Below, piece by piece: positions 1 through 13,037 of a DNA stretch of 64,000 nt (positions within the stretch are counted from its first letter, which is position 1; the number at the start of each line of letters is the position of its first letter). Source of the stretch: Macrostomum lignano (Eukaryota); assembly GCA_002269645.1 (NCBI GenBank), contig NIVC01003207.1, positions 75,004-139,003 on the forward strand, written 5' to 3'. Below the pieces are notes generated by a model. The model did no database searches, had not been told where the DNA came from, and saw only the letters and a program-made list of their open reading frames with translations. Both the position numbers and the translations under genes were made by a program.

Positions 1-262
1 GGTGGCGGGTGCAGTGGGGTGGTGGGCGCAGTGGGGGGTCGGCGCAGTGGGGTAAGCGGGCGCAGTGGGGTGGTGGGTGCAGTGGGGTGGTGGGTGCAGT
101 GGGGTGGCGGGTGCAGTGGAGTGGCGGGTGCAGTGGTGGTGGGTGCAGTGGGGTGGTGGGCGCAGTGGGTGGAGGGTACAGTGGGGAGGCGGGTGCAGTG
201 GGGAGGCGGGTGCAGTGCGGTGGCGGGTGCAGTGGGGTGGTGGGCGCAGTGGGGTGGTGGGT
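1..262. repeat. G-rich minisatellite, ~17-bp unit GGGTGCAGTGGGGTGGT (runs off the window edge)
   Basis: Unit directly visible in tandem. The ORFs at 9-379 are repeat translations. Confidence 0.9.
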
Positions 263-575
263 ACATTATGGCGACCAATCAATAATGTTATGTTAAATTA
301 TAAAGCAAGAAAAACGGTCAGACATAAGACCGAAATTAAAAGAAACAAAGCCGTGGAAAATCATCAATTTAGCTCGTAAATTAGGGCAGCAACAGTACTC
401 TAGCTAACTTGTCAAACGAGACGCCAAAACTAATGACAGTATAAATAAAACTAACAAACAAGCATGCAATAGTATTATATAAAAGCGGCACCCTGAAAGT
501 CGAGCATCAATATTATATTTACTATTAAATGATTAGTAAATTCGCTGATACGAGAATTTCACAATCGCAAATCAC

Positions 576-3569
576 TCAAGCCAAATAGTGCGAGAAGAAC
601 TCATAGGAGGCGGTCACCACGCCCCAGGATAGCATCGAACGGAAGCAATTTGGCAAGGCGCCTCGGTAGATCTGGCGCACACTGCGACCCCGACTAATGT
701 ACTCTAATCGAAGGCAGGTGACAAACGAAGTGTACGGACCGCCTACAGTCTTCTGCATATGAGTTTTAGCCACATTGAACGGATAGTTAAACGTGGACAG
801 CAGAGCGCCTAGCAGGGCTCCGTTAGTGAAATCTCGAACTGGTCCCGGCATGCCCGTGGCCCGCCTCTCCATGTGGGCTTTGAGCAGGAAATATAGTACA
901 CTGCTGAATCCATTACGATAGAGAATTGGGGTCAGGCCTCTGTACCATTCTGTCAGGCCATGCTGGCGATACAGCTGACCAAATGCGTGAAAAGTGTTCC
1001 TGCGCGATAGTGTGCAATAAGATTGCAAATAGTGAGAGAAGTTTTCAAATTAAATCAAAGTCAATCAAAGACTGTTAATCAATTTTTGTTTGCGCCACCA
1101 GTGTCTTGTACAAGTGTGCCACAGGTGTCTCATACAGGTGTGCAAAACGGTGTCCCATACAAGCGTGCCACAGGTGTGCAACACAGGTGTCTCATACAGG
1201 TGCGCACCACAGGTGTCTCATACAGGTGTGCACAACAGGTGTCCCATACAAGTGTGTCACAGGTGTCTCATACAGGTGTGCAAAACAGGTGTCCCATACA
1301 AGTGTGTCACAGGTGTCTCATACAGGTGTGCCACAGGTGTTTCATACAGGTGTGCAAAACAGGTGTCCCATACAAGTGTGTCACAGGTGTCTCATACAGG
1401 TGTGCCACAGGTGTTTCATACAGGTGTGCAAAACAGGTATCCCATACAAGTGCGCCACAGGTGTCTCAAACAGGTGAGCACCACAGGTGTGCAACAGGTG
1501 AGCACCACAGGTGTGCAACAGGTGTCTAAAACAGGTGAGCACCACAGGTGTGCCACAGGTGTCTCGTACAAGTGCACCACAGGTGTGCAACAGGTAAGCA
1601 CCACAGGTGTGCAACAGGTGAGCACCACAGGTGTGCAACAGGTGTCTAAATCAGGTGAGCACCACAGGTGTGCCACAGGTGTCTCGTACAAGTGCACCAC
1701 AGGTGTGCAACAGGTGAGCACCACAGGTGTGCAACAGGTGAGCACCACAGGTGTGCAACAGGTGTCTAAAACAGGTGAGCACCACAGGTGTGCCACAGGT
1801 GTCTAAAACAGGTGAGCACCACAGGTGTGCCACAGGTGTCTCGTACAAGTGCACCACAGGTGTGTTATACAGGTGTGCAACACAGATGGGCCAAAGGTGT
1901 CTCATAGGTACCACGGGTGTCTCATAAATACCACAGGTGTCTCATATAGATACCACAGGTGTCTCGTATAGGTACCACAGGTGTCTCATATAGGCACCAC
2001 AGGTGTCTCATATAGGTACCACGGGTGTCTCATAAATACCACAGGTGTCTCATATAGGTACCACGGGTGTCTCATAAATACCACAGGTGTCTCATATAGG
2101 TACCACAGGTGTCTCATATAGGTACCACGGGTGTCTCATAAATACCACAGGTGTCTCATTTAGGTACCACAGGTGTTTCATAGGTACCACAGGTGTCTTA
2201 AAGGTACCACAGGTGTCTCATATAGGTACCACAGGTGTCTCATAGGTACCACAGGTGTCTTAAAGGTACCACAGGTGTCTCATAGGTACCACGGGTGTCT
2301 CATAAATACCACAGGTGTCTCATATAGATACCACAGGTGTCTCGTATAGGTACCACAGGTGTCTCATATAGATACCACAGGTGTCTCATATAAGCACCAC
2401 AGGTGTCTCATAGGTACCACAGGTGTTTCATAGGCACCACAGGTGTCTCATACAGGTACACAAATCTCACTGGCTAGGGGTTGGTCACTGCCGCAGCTTA
2501 ATGCGACAGGCCCAGCAGCGCACCTGTAAGTAGCCTGATACCGTTGATCCTGCAGCAGCGTCTGCACCCGTTCCAGCGGCATCAGCGAAGCTTCGCAGCT
2601 TCCCGCCATAAAAGCCGCCAAAGCGCTGCACACTTCGGCATTCCATCTCGGCGCTAATAAAGTCAATTCGGTGGAGAACTTTGCGTAGCAACCGAATAGC
2701 AGACTCAGGTTGCAGATTCGCTGCAGCAGAGGTGGCAGCACGCCTCTGAGCGGAGGTGGGGGTGGTGCATGCGATTAATTGAAGGAGTGGAAACTGGAAA
2801 CTGGGGGCAGAATACTGGAAATGGGGGCGGAATACTAGAAATGTGGGCGGAATACTGGAAATGGGGGGCGGAATACTGGAAATGGGAGCGGAATACTGGA
2901 AATGGGAGCGGAATACTGGAAATGGGGGGCGGAAAACTGGACATGGGGCGGAATACTGGAAATAAGGGAGCGAAAAACTGGAAATGGGGCGGAATACTGG
3001 AAATGGGGCGGAATACTGGAAATGGGGGGCGGAATACTGGAAATGGGGGGCGGAATACTGGAAATGGGGGGCGGAATACTAGAAATGGGGGGCGGAATAC
3101 TGGAAATGGGGGGGCGGAATACTGGAAATGGGGGGCGGAAAACTGGAAATGGAGCGGAATACTGGAAATGGGTGGCGGAATACTGGAAATGGAGGGCGGA
3201 ATATTGGAAATGAGGGGGCGGAATACTGGAAATGGGGGCGGAATACTGGAAAGGGGGGCGGAATACTGGAAATGAGGGGGCGGAATACTGGAAATGGGGG
3301 GCGGAAAAGTGAAGCAGTAACAGAAAAGTTCTCAAAATAAATACTCACCTATAGAGCGACAGAAACTCTTTCCTAATAACTTGATCTGCTGCATTTCTAA
3401 ACGATATATTCCATAACTGCTGTCTAAAAATGATTTTATGCAATGGAAAGCCAACGATGACATTAGTTACGCCAGACAGACCGCCAGCTACAAACTCAAG
3501 CCTGGCTTTGTGATGGTTCTGACCGCCTGCGGTGGCTGCGCCGGCTGGTATCGCATTAGTAGACACCAT
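576..3569 (-). CDS. SLC25A51: Mitochondrial carrier SLC25A51/52-like (putative NAD+ transporter), 3 exons: 3569-3349, 2745-2524, 999-576; 288 aa
   Basis: GT/AG junctions are phase-compatible (2,2) and total 867 nt. Carrier signatures FPLHKIIFRQQL, MPLERVQTLLQD and YPFNVAKTHMQ, plus YRGLTPILYRNG and RSMLSWG, match the MCART1/SLC25A51 family. Confidence 0.9.
1095..2460. repeat. Compound minisatellite built on ACAGGTGT core, fills SLC25A51 intron 2
   Basis: Three successive unit types (~49-bp compound, 24-bp, ~22-bp) share the core. Confidence 0.92.
2785..3306. repeat. ~21-bp minisatellite GGCGGAATACTGGAAATGGGG in SLC25A51 intron 1
   Basis: Tandem unit directly visible. Confidence 0.92.
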
Positions 3570-3775
3570 TTATTGTTATTATTGTTGTTATTTATTAAAC
3601 GTTTATGGCCGATTTGAAATAAAGAAACTGGACTCATATAGGTTAGCAGGGCAGTTGGATCACTGCATGCCTCTGCTACCTTGTTAGCTTTGCTACTGGC
3701 GCCCGCATGCAATAGTGAGAAAAAACATTTCTATTGAAGTTTAAACATTATCTAGATTAGCTATAGTGAAAGTAC

Positions 3776-4440
3776 GTTTCCTAGAAGCTAATTCCTAGAA
3801 TCGCTAAGCTAATTCCTAGAATCGCTAAGCTAATTCCTAGAATCACTAAGCTAATTCCTAGAATCGCTAAGCTAATTCCTAGAATCGCTAAGCTAATTCC
3901 TAGAATCGCTAAGCTAATTCCTAGAATCGTTAAACTAATTCCTAGAATCACCAAGTTAATTCCTAGAATCGTTAAGCTAATTCCTAGAATCGCTAAGCTA
4001 ATTCCTAGAATCGCTAAGCCAATTCCTAGAATCGCCAAACTAATTCCTAGAATCGCTAAACTAATTCCTAGAATCGCTAAACTAATTCCTAGAATCGCTA
4101 AGCTAATTCCTAGAATCGCTAAGCTAATTCCTCGAATTTCTAAGCTAATTCCTAGAATCGCTAAACTAATTCCTAGAATCGCTAAACTAATTCCTATAAT
4201 CGCTAAGCTAATTCCTAGAATCGCTAAGCTAATTCCTCGAATTTCTAAGCTAATTCCTAGAATCGCTAAACTAATTCCTAGAATCGCTAAACTAATTCCT
4301 ATAATCGCTAAGCTAATTCCTAGAATCACCAAGGTAATTCCTAGAATCGCCAAGCTAATTCCTAGAATCGCTGAGCTAATTCCCAGAATCGTTAAACTAA
4401 TTCCTAGAATCGCTAAGCTAATTCCTAGAATCTTAGAATT
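3776..4440. repeat. 21-bp minisatellite CTAGAATCGCTAAGCTAATTC (intergenic)
   Basis: About 30 tandem units. ORF 3781-4353 (AILGISL)n is a repeat translation. Confidence 0.92.
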
Positions 4441-5889
4441 CCTAGAAATTGATCACTGTTCAAATGGACAAGTAAACAAATCAGATGCACTCTACATACT
4501 ACTTAGTTGAATTTGGGAATAGCAGAAGGCTTCAACTGCTATTGGTATGTACAATGCACAGAGTCAGCCTAAAAAAGCAAGAGCAAGGTCTCCGTTGTGT
4601 TTTAAAACACTCAAGTGAAAAGCAAAACAAACAATTTGATGCAGACAACAAAAATAAACAAAAACAGAGACCCAATGAGAATGCCACCGTTAATCTTGAA
4701 TAATGATTACGACATATAAATATCGGTGCAGTTAAGACTTACACGCAAACACAAATACACAAAACTTGCAAAAAATTGATCATGCAAAGCAAACAGGGAA
4801 AATACGGTACACTAAAAACTAAAAATAAGAAATTGGGAGATCAAAGTAGGCATGAATGGACCGAGAAAATGCATTGTGACAAAGTATATATATATACAGT
4901 ACGATTATACATATCGATATAACCGAACGCAATATGAACAGAGGCTGGTAAACGCGGTTTACCAAAAAGCAAACGAATTTAAACAATTGTATGCACAGTT
5001 GATTTAAACAAACAAACTTGACAAACCTACGCGCACATTAAATGTGCCAACTATAATAAGCTGATTCTAATTTTAAATTAAAAATAAATATTTTATTTCG
5101 CATGCGCCATTTACTTTTAACAAAGAAAAACTACTACTTACTGTCATGAGTAGTGCAGTCGAATTTGCATGTCGGAATATGAAGTGAATTAATTATTAAT
5201 CTGAAATAAAATAATAGAAATAGACATACAAAATTAGCAAAACAAACATTTTCAATTGTTAAAACAAAATCACAATACAAATAGATAGAAATCAATCCTT
5301 TCTGTGAGGTCAAAGTTAACTGACGAAAATAATATTGATTTTAAAGTACATCAGCTACTTTGATAATTAATAAATCGATCAAATGGCACACCATCACCAG
5401 GCGACTGAGAATTGCAAATTGGCATTGATTTTTTTTAAAAACAAACAAAATTTTAAAAAGATGAGCACACTGAATATCAAAATTGTAAATCAGGCAGATT
5501 AACAAAATAAACAAAAATCAAAGATATATTTAACCGGAATAAATGAGAATTAAAGTAAACAATGCATAGAAAAATAAACACTTAGACCAAAAATATTCTG
5601 GAGTAAACTGTTATTATAACAAAATATCATTCAAGCGATGGAAGAGAAGTTTGGGAAAATTAATTAATGGGCTCTTAGCACTTGGTGTTTCATTTAAATT
5701 TATTATGTAATATCGAAAATTAAGTGCTTCAAATTCCGTATAGGAATACTAAATTAAAAGTATTCTAATATTATTGAAAATATTACAAAGTACGCAAATG
5801 GGGAAATGAGCAATCTACACTGAATAAACTCGGAAATGATCGCAATTAAACATTTACACGAGGGGTTTCCAGACTGTTTTACTCTGTGA

Positions 5890-7097
5890 TTGCTGGGCCA
5901 GCCTCCCAGATCCTCAGTTGCTGGGCCAGCTTTCCAGATCATCAGTTGCTGGGCCAGCCTCCCAGACTGTCAGTTGCTGGGCCAGCTTTCCAGATCATCA
6001 GTTGCTAGGCCAGCCTCCCAGATCTCCTGTTGCTGGGCCAGCCTCCCAGATCATCAGTTGCTGGGCCAGCCTCCCAGAGTGTCAGTTGCTGGGCCAGCTT
6101 CCCAGATCATCAGTTGCTAGGCCAGCCTCCCAGATCTCCTGTTGCTGGGCCAGCCTCCCAGATCCTCAGTTGCTGGGCCAGCCTCCCAGATCATCAGTTG
6201 CTAGGCCAGCCTCCCAGATTCCGTTGCTAGGCCAGCCTCCCAGATCATCAGTTGCTGGGCCAGCCTCCCAGAGTGTCAGTTGCTGGGCCAGCTTCCCAGA
6301 TCATCAGTTGCTAGGCCAGCCTCCCAGATCTCCTGTTGCTGGGCCAGCCTCCCAGATCCTCAGTTGCTGGGCCAGCCTCCCAGATCATCAGTTGCTGGGC
6401 CAGCTTTCCAGATCATCAGTTGCTAGGCCAGCCTCCCAGATCTCCTGTTGCTGGGCCAGCCTCCCAGATCATCAGTTGCTGGGCCAGCCTCCCAGAGTGT
6501 CAGTTGCTGGGCCAGCTTCCCAGATCATCAGTTGCTAGGCCAGCCTCCCAGATCTCCTGTTGCTGGGCCAGCCTCCCAGATCCTCAGTTGCTGGGCCAGC
6601 CTCCCAGATCCTCAGTTGCTGGGCCAGCCTCCCAGATCATCAGTTGCTAGGCCAGCCTCCCAGATTCCGTTGCTAGGCCAGCCTCCCAGATCTCCTGTTG
6701 CTGGACCAGCCTCCCAGATCCCCAGTTGCTAGGCCAGCCTCCCAGATCTCCTGTTGCTGGGCCAGCCTCCCAGATCTTCAGTTGCTGGGCCAGCCTCCCA
6801 GATCATCAGTTGCTAGGCCAGCCTCCCAGATTCCGTTGCTAGGCCAGCCTCCCAGATCTCCTGTTGCTGGGCCAGCCTCCCAGATCTTCAGTTGCTGGGC
6901 CAGCCTCCCAGATCCTCAGTTGCTGGGCCAGCCTCCCAGATTCCCAGTTTCTGGGTCAGCCTCCCAGATCCTCAGTTGCTGGGCCAGCCTCCCAGATTCC
7001 CAGTTTCTGGGTCAGCCTCCCAGATCCTCATTTGCTGGGCCAGCCTCCCAGATTCCCAGTTTCTGGGTCAGCCTCCCAGATCCTCAGTTGCTGGACC
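5890..7097. repeat. 27-28-bp minisatellite GTTGCTGGGCCAGCCTCCCAGATC(A/C)TCA with ~111-bp higher-order period
   Basis: Tandem unit visible. Variant monomers recur in the same 4-unit order. Confidence 0.9.
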
Positions 7098-7297
7098 GGC
7101 CTGAACAATCAAAATGATTTATCAGGTCACTACAGTTTGCAGTTTTATCATTCAACAGATCAGCTGGCAAATGAGTCATGACAGTAAACACAGTCAGGAA
7201 ACGTTTGCAACAACCCACTCATATTTTGTAAGCGATTTCAGATTAATATATGAAGCGAACCAATCAATGTTTAGTGTCTTTTCTGTTTTCTTCAGCT

Positions 7298-10200
7298 TCA
7301 CGAACAAAACTCTGATCCAGATCTGAATCTTAAACGCTTAGCTCTGGCTGATTCGGTTGCAGAAGCAGATGATGCCGCTGGCTGAGGCTGAGACTGCAGA
7401 CTCTGCTGCTGATGCGGCCGTTTAAAGTGCACCTGACTCTGAGCAGTGAGCTGCAGTTTAATTGCCGAGGAGTTCAATCTGGCCTGACAGAACAGCGAGG
7501 CGATGCCGCACATCTTGCGACTCCGCAGTGTCACGGGCACGCCGCCAGCTGGAGAAGACGAACAATTCGATGAGGCGGTTGAATGAACAGGCGACGGCTT
7601 CGAGGCGGTGGAATCCGATAGAAACACTGTCGGACTCAAGCCTAGCAGATAGCGAGGATTCAATAGCGCATTTGAGCAGCCTTCAGCAACAGATTTGAGC
7701 AGTTTAACTGACTCTGGACTGTAGTTACTAAGCTTAGTAGCATCCTCTGCTGATGTCAATTCCTGACCTTCTCTGCAACTAATTTTCAACGCTTGCCTAG
7801 CAACCGGATCGAACAGAAGCAAGCATTTCACTATCCTATCTGCCCAGCCAACATGCAGCACGGGAGTGTTGCTGTCCTGCTCCCACAGACAGATTGCGTC
7901 ATAGAAGTGCAGCAGAGCGGCCAGGCTGCGCGCATCCGAGGACACGCCAGTGTCAGCCGACGAGCGAAGCAGGCGGGGCACCAGCTCGTTAGACACCTGG
8001 GCGATAGATGAATTTAGATATGGTCAGTCATATCGAGTGTTAAATACTATAAAAAATAAACTGAGGATTTTACAGTGTCTGAAGATTCCTTGAAAATGAA
8101 GATTTCAGTGACGAATTCCTAAAAATGAGGATGTCAGAACGACAGATCCCGGAAATAAGGATTTAAGAGCGAAGATTCTCAAAATGAGGATCTCAGAGCG
8201 ACAGATAACCAAAATGAGGATTTCAGATTGAAAAATCCTCAAAATGAGGATTTCAGATTGAAAAACCTCCAAAATGAGGATTTCAGGGTGAAAAATCCCC
8301 AAAATGAGGATTTCAGGGTGAAAAATCCTTAAAATGAGGATTTCAGATTGAAAAATCCTCAAAATGAGGATTTCAGATTGAAAAACCTCCAAAATGAGGA
8401 TTTCAGGGTGAAAAACCTCCAAAATGAGGATTTCAGGGTGAAAAATCCCCAAAATGAGGATTTCAGGGTGAAAAATCCCCAAAATGAGGATTTCAGGGTG
8501 AAAAACCTCCAAAATGAGGATTTCAGGGTGAAAAATCTCCAAAATGAGGATTTCAGGGTGAAAAATCCCCAAAAGGAGGATTTCAGGGTCAAAAATCCCC
8601 AAAATGAGGATTTCAGGGTCAAAAATCCCCAAAATGAGGATTTCAGGGTCAAAAATCCCCAAAATGAGGATTTCTGAGCGACATATCCCCAAAATGAGGA
8701 TTTCAGAGTGACAAACCGCAAAATGAAGATTTCGGAGTGACAAACCTCCAAAAAAGGATTTCAGAATGCCAGACTCCCAAAATAAGGATTTCAGAGTGAA
8801 AAATTTTATAAGCTACTCAACACTCATTCAGAGATTTACCTCAAACAGCTCTTTATAGATCTCGGCGTCCTCTCTGCTGTAACTGTACTGAGCCACTGTC
8901 CGCGCGGCCAGACACCAATACCTCAGAGCCTGTCTGCACTGGCTTTTGCGATAGAAATAACCGCCCAAAGCCAGATAGGGATACACGTGACAATTGTTAT
9001 AATAAACTAGATTAGCTCGAATTGCTTCGTTATAAAGCGAGACAGCAACGCTTTCTCCAGGTGCGCTAAAACTGCAATCTTCGAATAATTCGTCACGCGG
9101 TTGTCTCTGCTGTTGCCGATGCGTTGGGTTCGCTGATTCTAAATCCGCCAGGTTGATCAGGGCCAGAGGGTAGCATTTCAGGTGGCCAAAGTCGTATAGC
9201 TGCCAGAGCAGGCGTTGCTTCAGTCCTTCCAGTGGCCTGAGGATTGGTTGGATGTTGGATTATCCTCATTGTCTTCCTTATCTCCCCATATGTCTTCCTC
9301 ATCTCCTCACCTGTCTTCCTCATCTCCTCACCCGTCTTCCTCATCTCCTCACTTGTCTTCCTCATCTCCCACCTGTCTTCCTCATCTCCTCACCCGTCTT
9401 CCTCATCTCCTCACTTGTCTTCCTCATCTCCTCACCTGTTTTTCTTATCTCCTCACCTGTCTTCCTCATCTCCTCCCCTGTCTTCCTCATCTCCTCACCT
9501 GTTTTTCTTATCTCCTCACCTGTCTTCCTCATCTCCTCACCTATCTTCCTTATCTCCTCACCTGTCTTCCCCATCTCCCACTAATCTTCCTCATCTCCTC
9601 CCCTGTCTTCCTCATCTCCTCACCTGTTTTTCTTATCTCCTCACCTGTCTTTCTCATCTCCTCACCTGTCTTCCTTATCTCCTACCTGTCTTCCTCATCT
9701 CCCCATCTGTCTTCCTCATCTCCCACCTTGTCTTCCTCATCGCATACCTGTCTACCCCATCTAACTACCTGTCCACCCCATCTCACCAACTCACCAATCT
9801 CATCTTACTATCTGTGTTTCTCATTTTCTCACCTGTCTTGTCTAAGCTATGCTAATCTATTCCATTTTTTTAAAGTTAACTATCAATACATATCGGTAGC
9901 TAAGCCTTACTTAGACTGCAGCTGAGCGTGCTGCTGATGATCAGCAGATGAAGCAGTTGCAGGATGCAGCTGGCCACCAGTTATCCTTGGACTTATAGAC
10001 GTCACCATAGCAACCAGAGTCAGCCAGTGAGTCTCGCACAGCACTGCATTGCCATTTAAATAAAGCCAAGAGGAACCAGCGCCGCTGCCTGCCGGATGCT
10101 CCGGTTGCACCGATTGACCTCGCAACGATTGCAGAGTCCTGCCAGCCCAGCTGACCTCGGCGCTGTGCTCAAGCTGGTGCCCGAACACTAGCCAGGCGTG

Positions 10201-11631
10201 ATCTTCGCTGAGTGCCAACCGGACAGTCGGCACCTCCAGTAGCTGACAGGCGGACACAACGGCCAGACACACGCCGAATGTGTCCAGCCTGGCCGGATGG
10301 TGATCGCAGCTGACCAGAGTGTAGAGAGTCTGGCAGTGCGCCAGCTCCGCTAGGCCGACGCAGTGCCTCAGGCGGGCCCAGACTCGGTCAGCCAGCTGCA
10401 CAATCACGTGACGCAGCAAATCCGGGAACCAGGCAGCAGCGGGCAGGTGAATTTCCAGCAGGTCTACGCTGGACCAGTTTAGCTTTTTTAAACGGGAGCA
10501 CAGAGCTGCGGAGTCCGTGTTGTTGTTGTTATTGTTGCTTAGCAGCACCAGCTCCTGGGGAGGGGACATGGGATTGAGGTGTAGATTTGGGTTTGATACA
10601 AAGCCAGTCAGACAGACAGACAGACACACAGAGAGACTGACAGACAGACAGACAGACACAGACAGACACAGAACACAGACAGACACAGACAGACACAGAC
10701 AGACAGACACAGACAGACACAGACAGACAGACTGACAGACAGACAGACAGACAGACACACAGACAGACAGACACAGACAGACAGACACAGACAGACAGAC
10801 AGACACACAGAGAGACAGACAGACAGACAGACAGACACAGACAGACACAGACAGACAGACACAGACAGACACAGACAGACAGACTGACTGACAGACAGAC
10901 AGACAGACAGACACACAGACAGACAGACACAGACAGACAGACACAGACAGACAGACAGACACACAGAGAGACAGACAGACAGACAAACAGACACACAGAC
11001 AGACAGACACAGACAGACAGACACAGACAGACAGACAGACACAGACAGAAAGACAGACACACAGACAGACAGATAGACAGACACAGACAGACACAGACAC
11101 ACAGACAGACAGATAGACAGACACACAGACAGACACACACACAGACAGACAGACAGACAGACACAGACACACAGACAGACAGATAGACAGACACACAGAC
11201 AGACACACACACAGTCAGACAGACAGACACAGACAGACACTCACCTGCTCAATCCTAGTCCTATATTTGGTCAGATCAAATCTCATAGCATACACATCCT
11301 GGCAGAAGCTGTTACACAATTTATCCAGCTGGTCCAAGTTCAGATTTGGAAATGCCACAATCTGATCATCGGTGCCTGCAGCGGCAGCGGCCACAGCGGC
11401 AGGTGCCGTAGTCAGCTGACTCTCAATATCGCCGAGCAGAATTGACAGCTGAGCAAGACACGGCTCAGTTTCCCTACGCAGCACGCAGCCAATTAGCGCT
11501 AGAACATCTTCCGCGGAAGACAGTCTGGCAGGAAGTCGGTATCGTTTCAACAGCTTGGCAAAGCTGATGGGTCCGACGCTTCCGGTGCCACTTAACAACG
11601 GCAAACAGGTGGTTGCCGACATGCGATGCAT
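7298..11631 (-). CDS. MEN1: Menin homolog, 4 exons: 11631-11245, 10554-9911, 9236-8840, 7996-7298; ~708 aa
   Basis: Menin motifs [73 protein letters not shown] and [16 protein letters not shown]. Junction phases 0,2,0; total 2127 nt. Exon 3 is missing from the ORF track and was translated by hand. Confidence 0.92.
8075..8810. repeat. 30-bp minisatellite AAAATGAGGATTTCAGGGTGAAAAATCCCC in MEN1 intron 3
   Basis: Tandem unit directly visible. Confidence 0.9.
9262..9800. repeat. 21-bp minisatellite CTCACCTGTCTTCCTCATCTC in MEN1 intron 2
   Basis: Tandem unit directly visible. Confidence 0.9.
10606..11240. repeat. (GACA)n/(GACACA)n compound microsatellite in MEN1 intron 1
   Basis: Directly visible. 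It begins immediately after the GTGAGT donor on the minus strand. Confidence 0.93.
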
Positions 11632-11924
11632 GCAGCATAATGGATTATAATGATTTATTACTGCTTACAGATGATCAATTCATATCAACAGAAATTTATT
11701 TTGCCTATATTTAAAAGAAAAAAATGGATATTGGCGGAAAAACTTAAAAAAGACATTTGGTAGAGTAATAGAGTACTTGGATAGGTTTAAGGACCACGAT
11801 TCAGGTATTAAGGAACAAATCAGGAGACCTAGACCCTAATACCTGAATACCTAATACCTGATATTAACTCAACTTAATCGATATGAAGTTAAGTTAATAT
11901 CGATTAGGGCACCAAATTAGTAGC

Positions 11925-12385
11925 TAATAGGGGATCAAATTAGGAGATATTAGGAGACAAAATTAGAAGCTAATAGGGGACCAAATTAGGAGGTACTAGG
12001 GGACTGAATTAGGAGATATTAGGGAACCAAATTAGGAGATATTAGGAGACAAAATTAGGAGATTAGGACACCAAACTAGGGGATATTAGGGGACCAAATT
12101 AGGAGATATTAGATGACCAGATAAGGAGATATTAGGGGACCAAATTAGGAGATATTAGATGACCAGATAAGGAGATATTAGGGGACCAAATTAGGAGATA
12201 TTAGGGGACCAAATTAGGAGATATTAGGGGACCAAATTAGAAGATATTAAAGGACCAAATTAGAAGATATTAAAGGACCAAATTAGAAGATATCAAAGGA
12301 CCAAATTAGGAGGTATAAGAAGGAACAAACTGGGAGCTATTATGGAACCAGATTAGGAGATATTAGGGGATACAAATTAGAGGCC
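11925..12385. repeat. 23-bp minisatellite GGGGACCAAATTAGGAGATATTA (CNOT6-MEN1 spacer)
   Basis: Degenerate tandem unit visible. Confidence 0.85.
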
Positions 12386-13037
12386 GTACCAGATTAGGCG
12401 AAAATCCATTAAAATACAATATATAAGACCGATAAACTAATAACAATAAAAGTACAGTGTGTACTTAAATAAAAGACAAAAACAAAGTTTCAGTGTAAGT
12501 AGCTCGAAAGTAATCAATAGCCAACAAGCAAAACACACTACTTAGCTACTTAGCTAATAGTAGTATGTACTTATATTGAGCAGGAATTTTCTTCTATTCT
12601 TCTAGTAACCATAAAAATAGAATTAAAATGAAAAAAAATCAAATAAGTAAGCTGCAACAAAAAACCATCTAAACGTGGTGGACAAAAATATACCAAAAAT
12701 GATTGATTTAAAATTAAATGCCAAAAAATCTTAAGTAAAATGTTATAGTAATTTTTTAAATTTTACGACTTAGAAGTAGAAATCTGCCAAATGAAACACT
12801 TTTTTCTTATTATCAACTACTTAAAGTAGGCTGCATTGCTGATATTTTATGAGAAACATGAAAAAAAATTAATTTAAAACTATACAATGAAGAATAAAAT
12901 TTAAAAATCAATTAGACAATATTCTTATTATCAACTATTTAAGGTACACTGGATTGCTGATATTGTATGGTTATAATCAACTTATTACTAGAAGGTTGCA
13001 GACGAATTTTAATAGTCACTTTAATAGTTCTCAATGT

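Noticed and set aside
1023-1914. Cys/Thr-rich ORFs as real proteins
   Set aside because: They are translations of the intronic ACAGGTGT minisatellite, open in several frames on both strands.
3781-4353. (AILGISL)n membrane protein
   Set aside because: This is a translation of a 21-bp minisatellite with no unique sequence.
9907-11240. 433-aa ORF with a CLSV-rich N-terminus
   Set aside because: The N-terminal half is the (GACA)n intron. Only 10554-9911 is menin exon.
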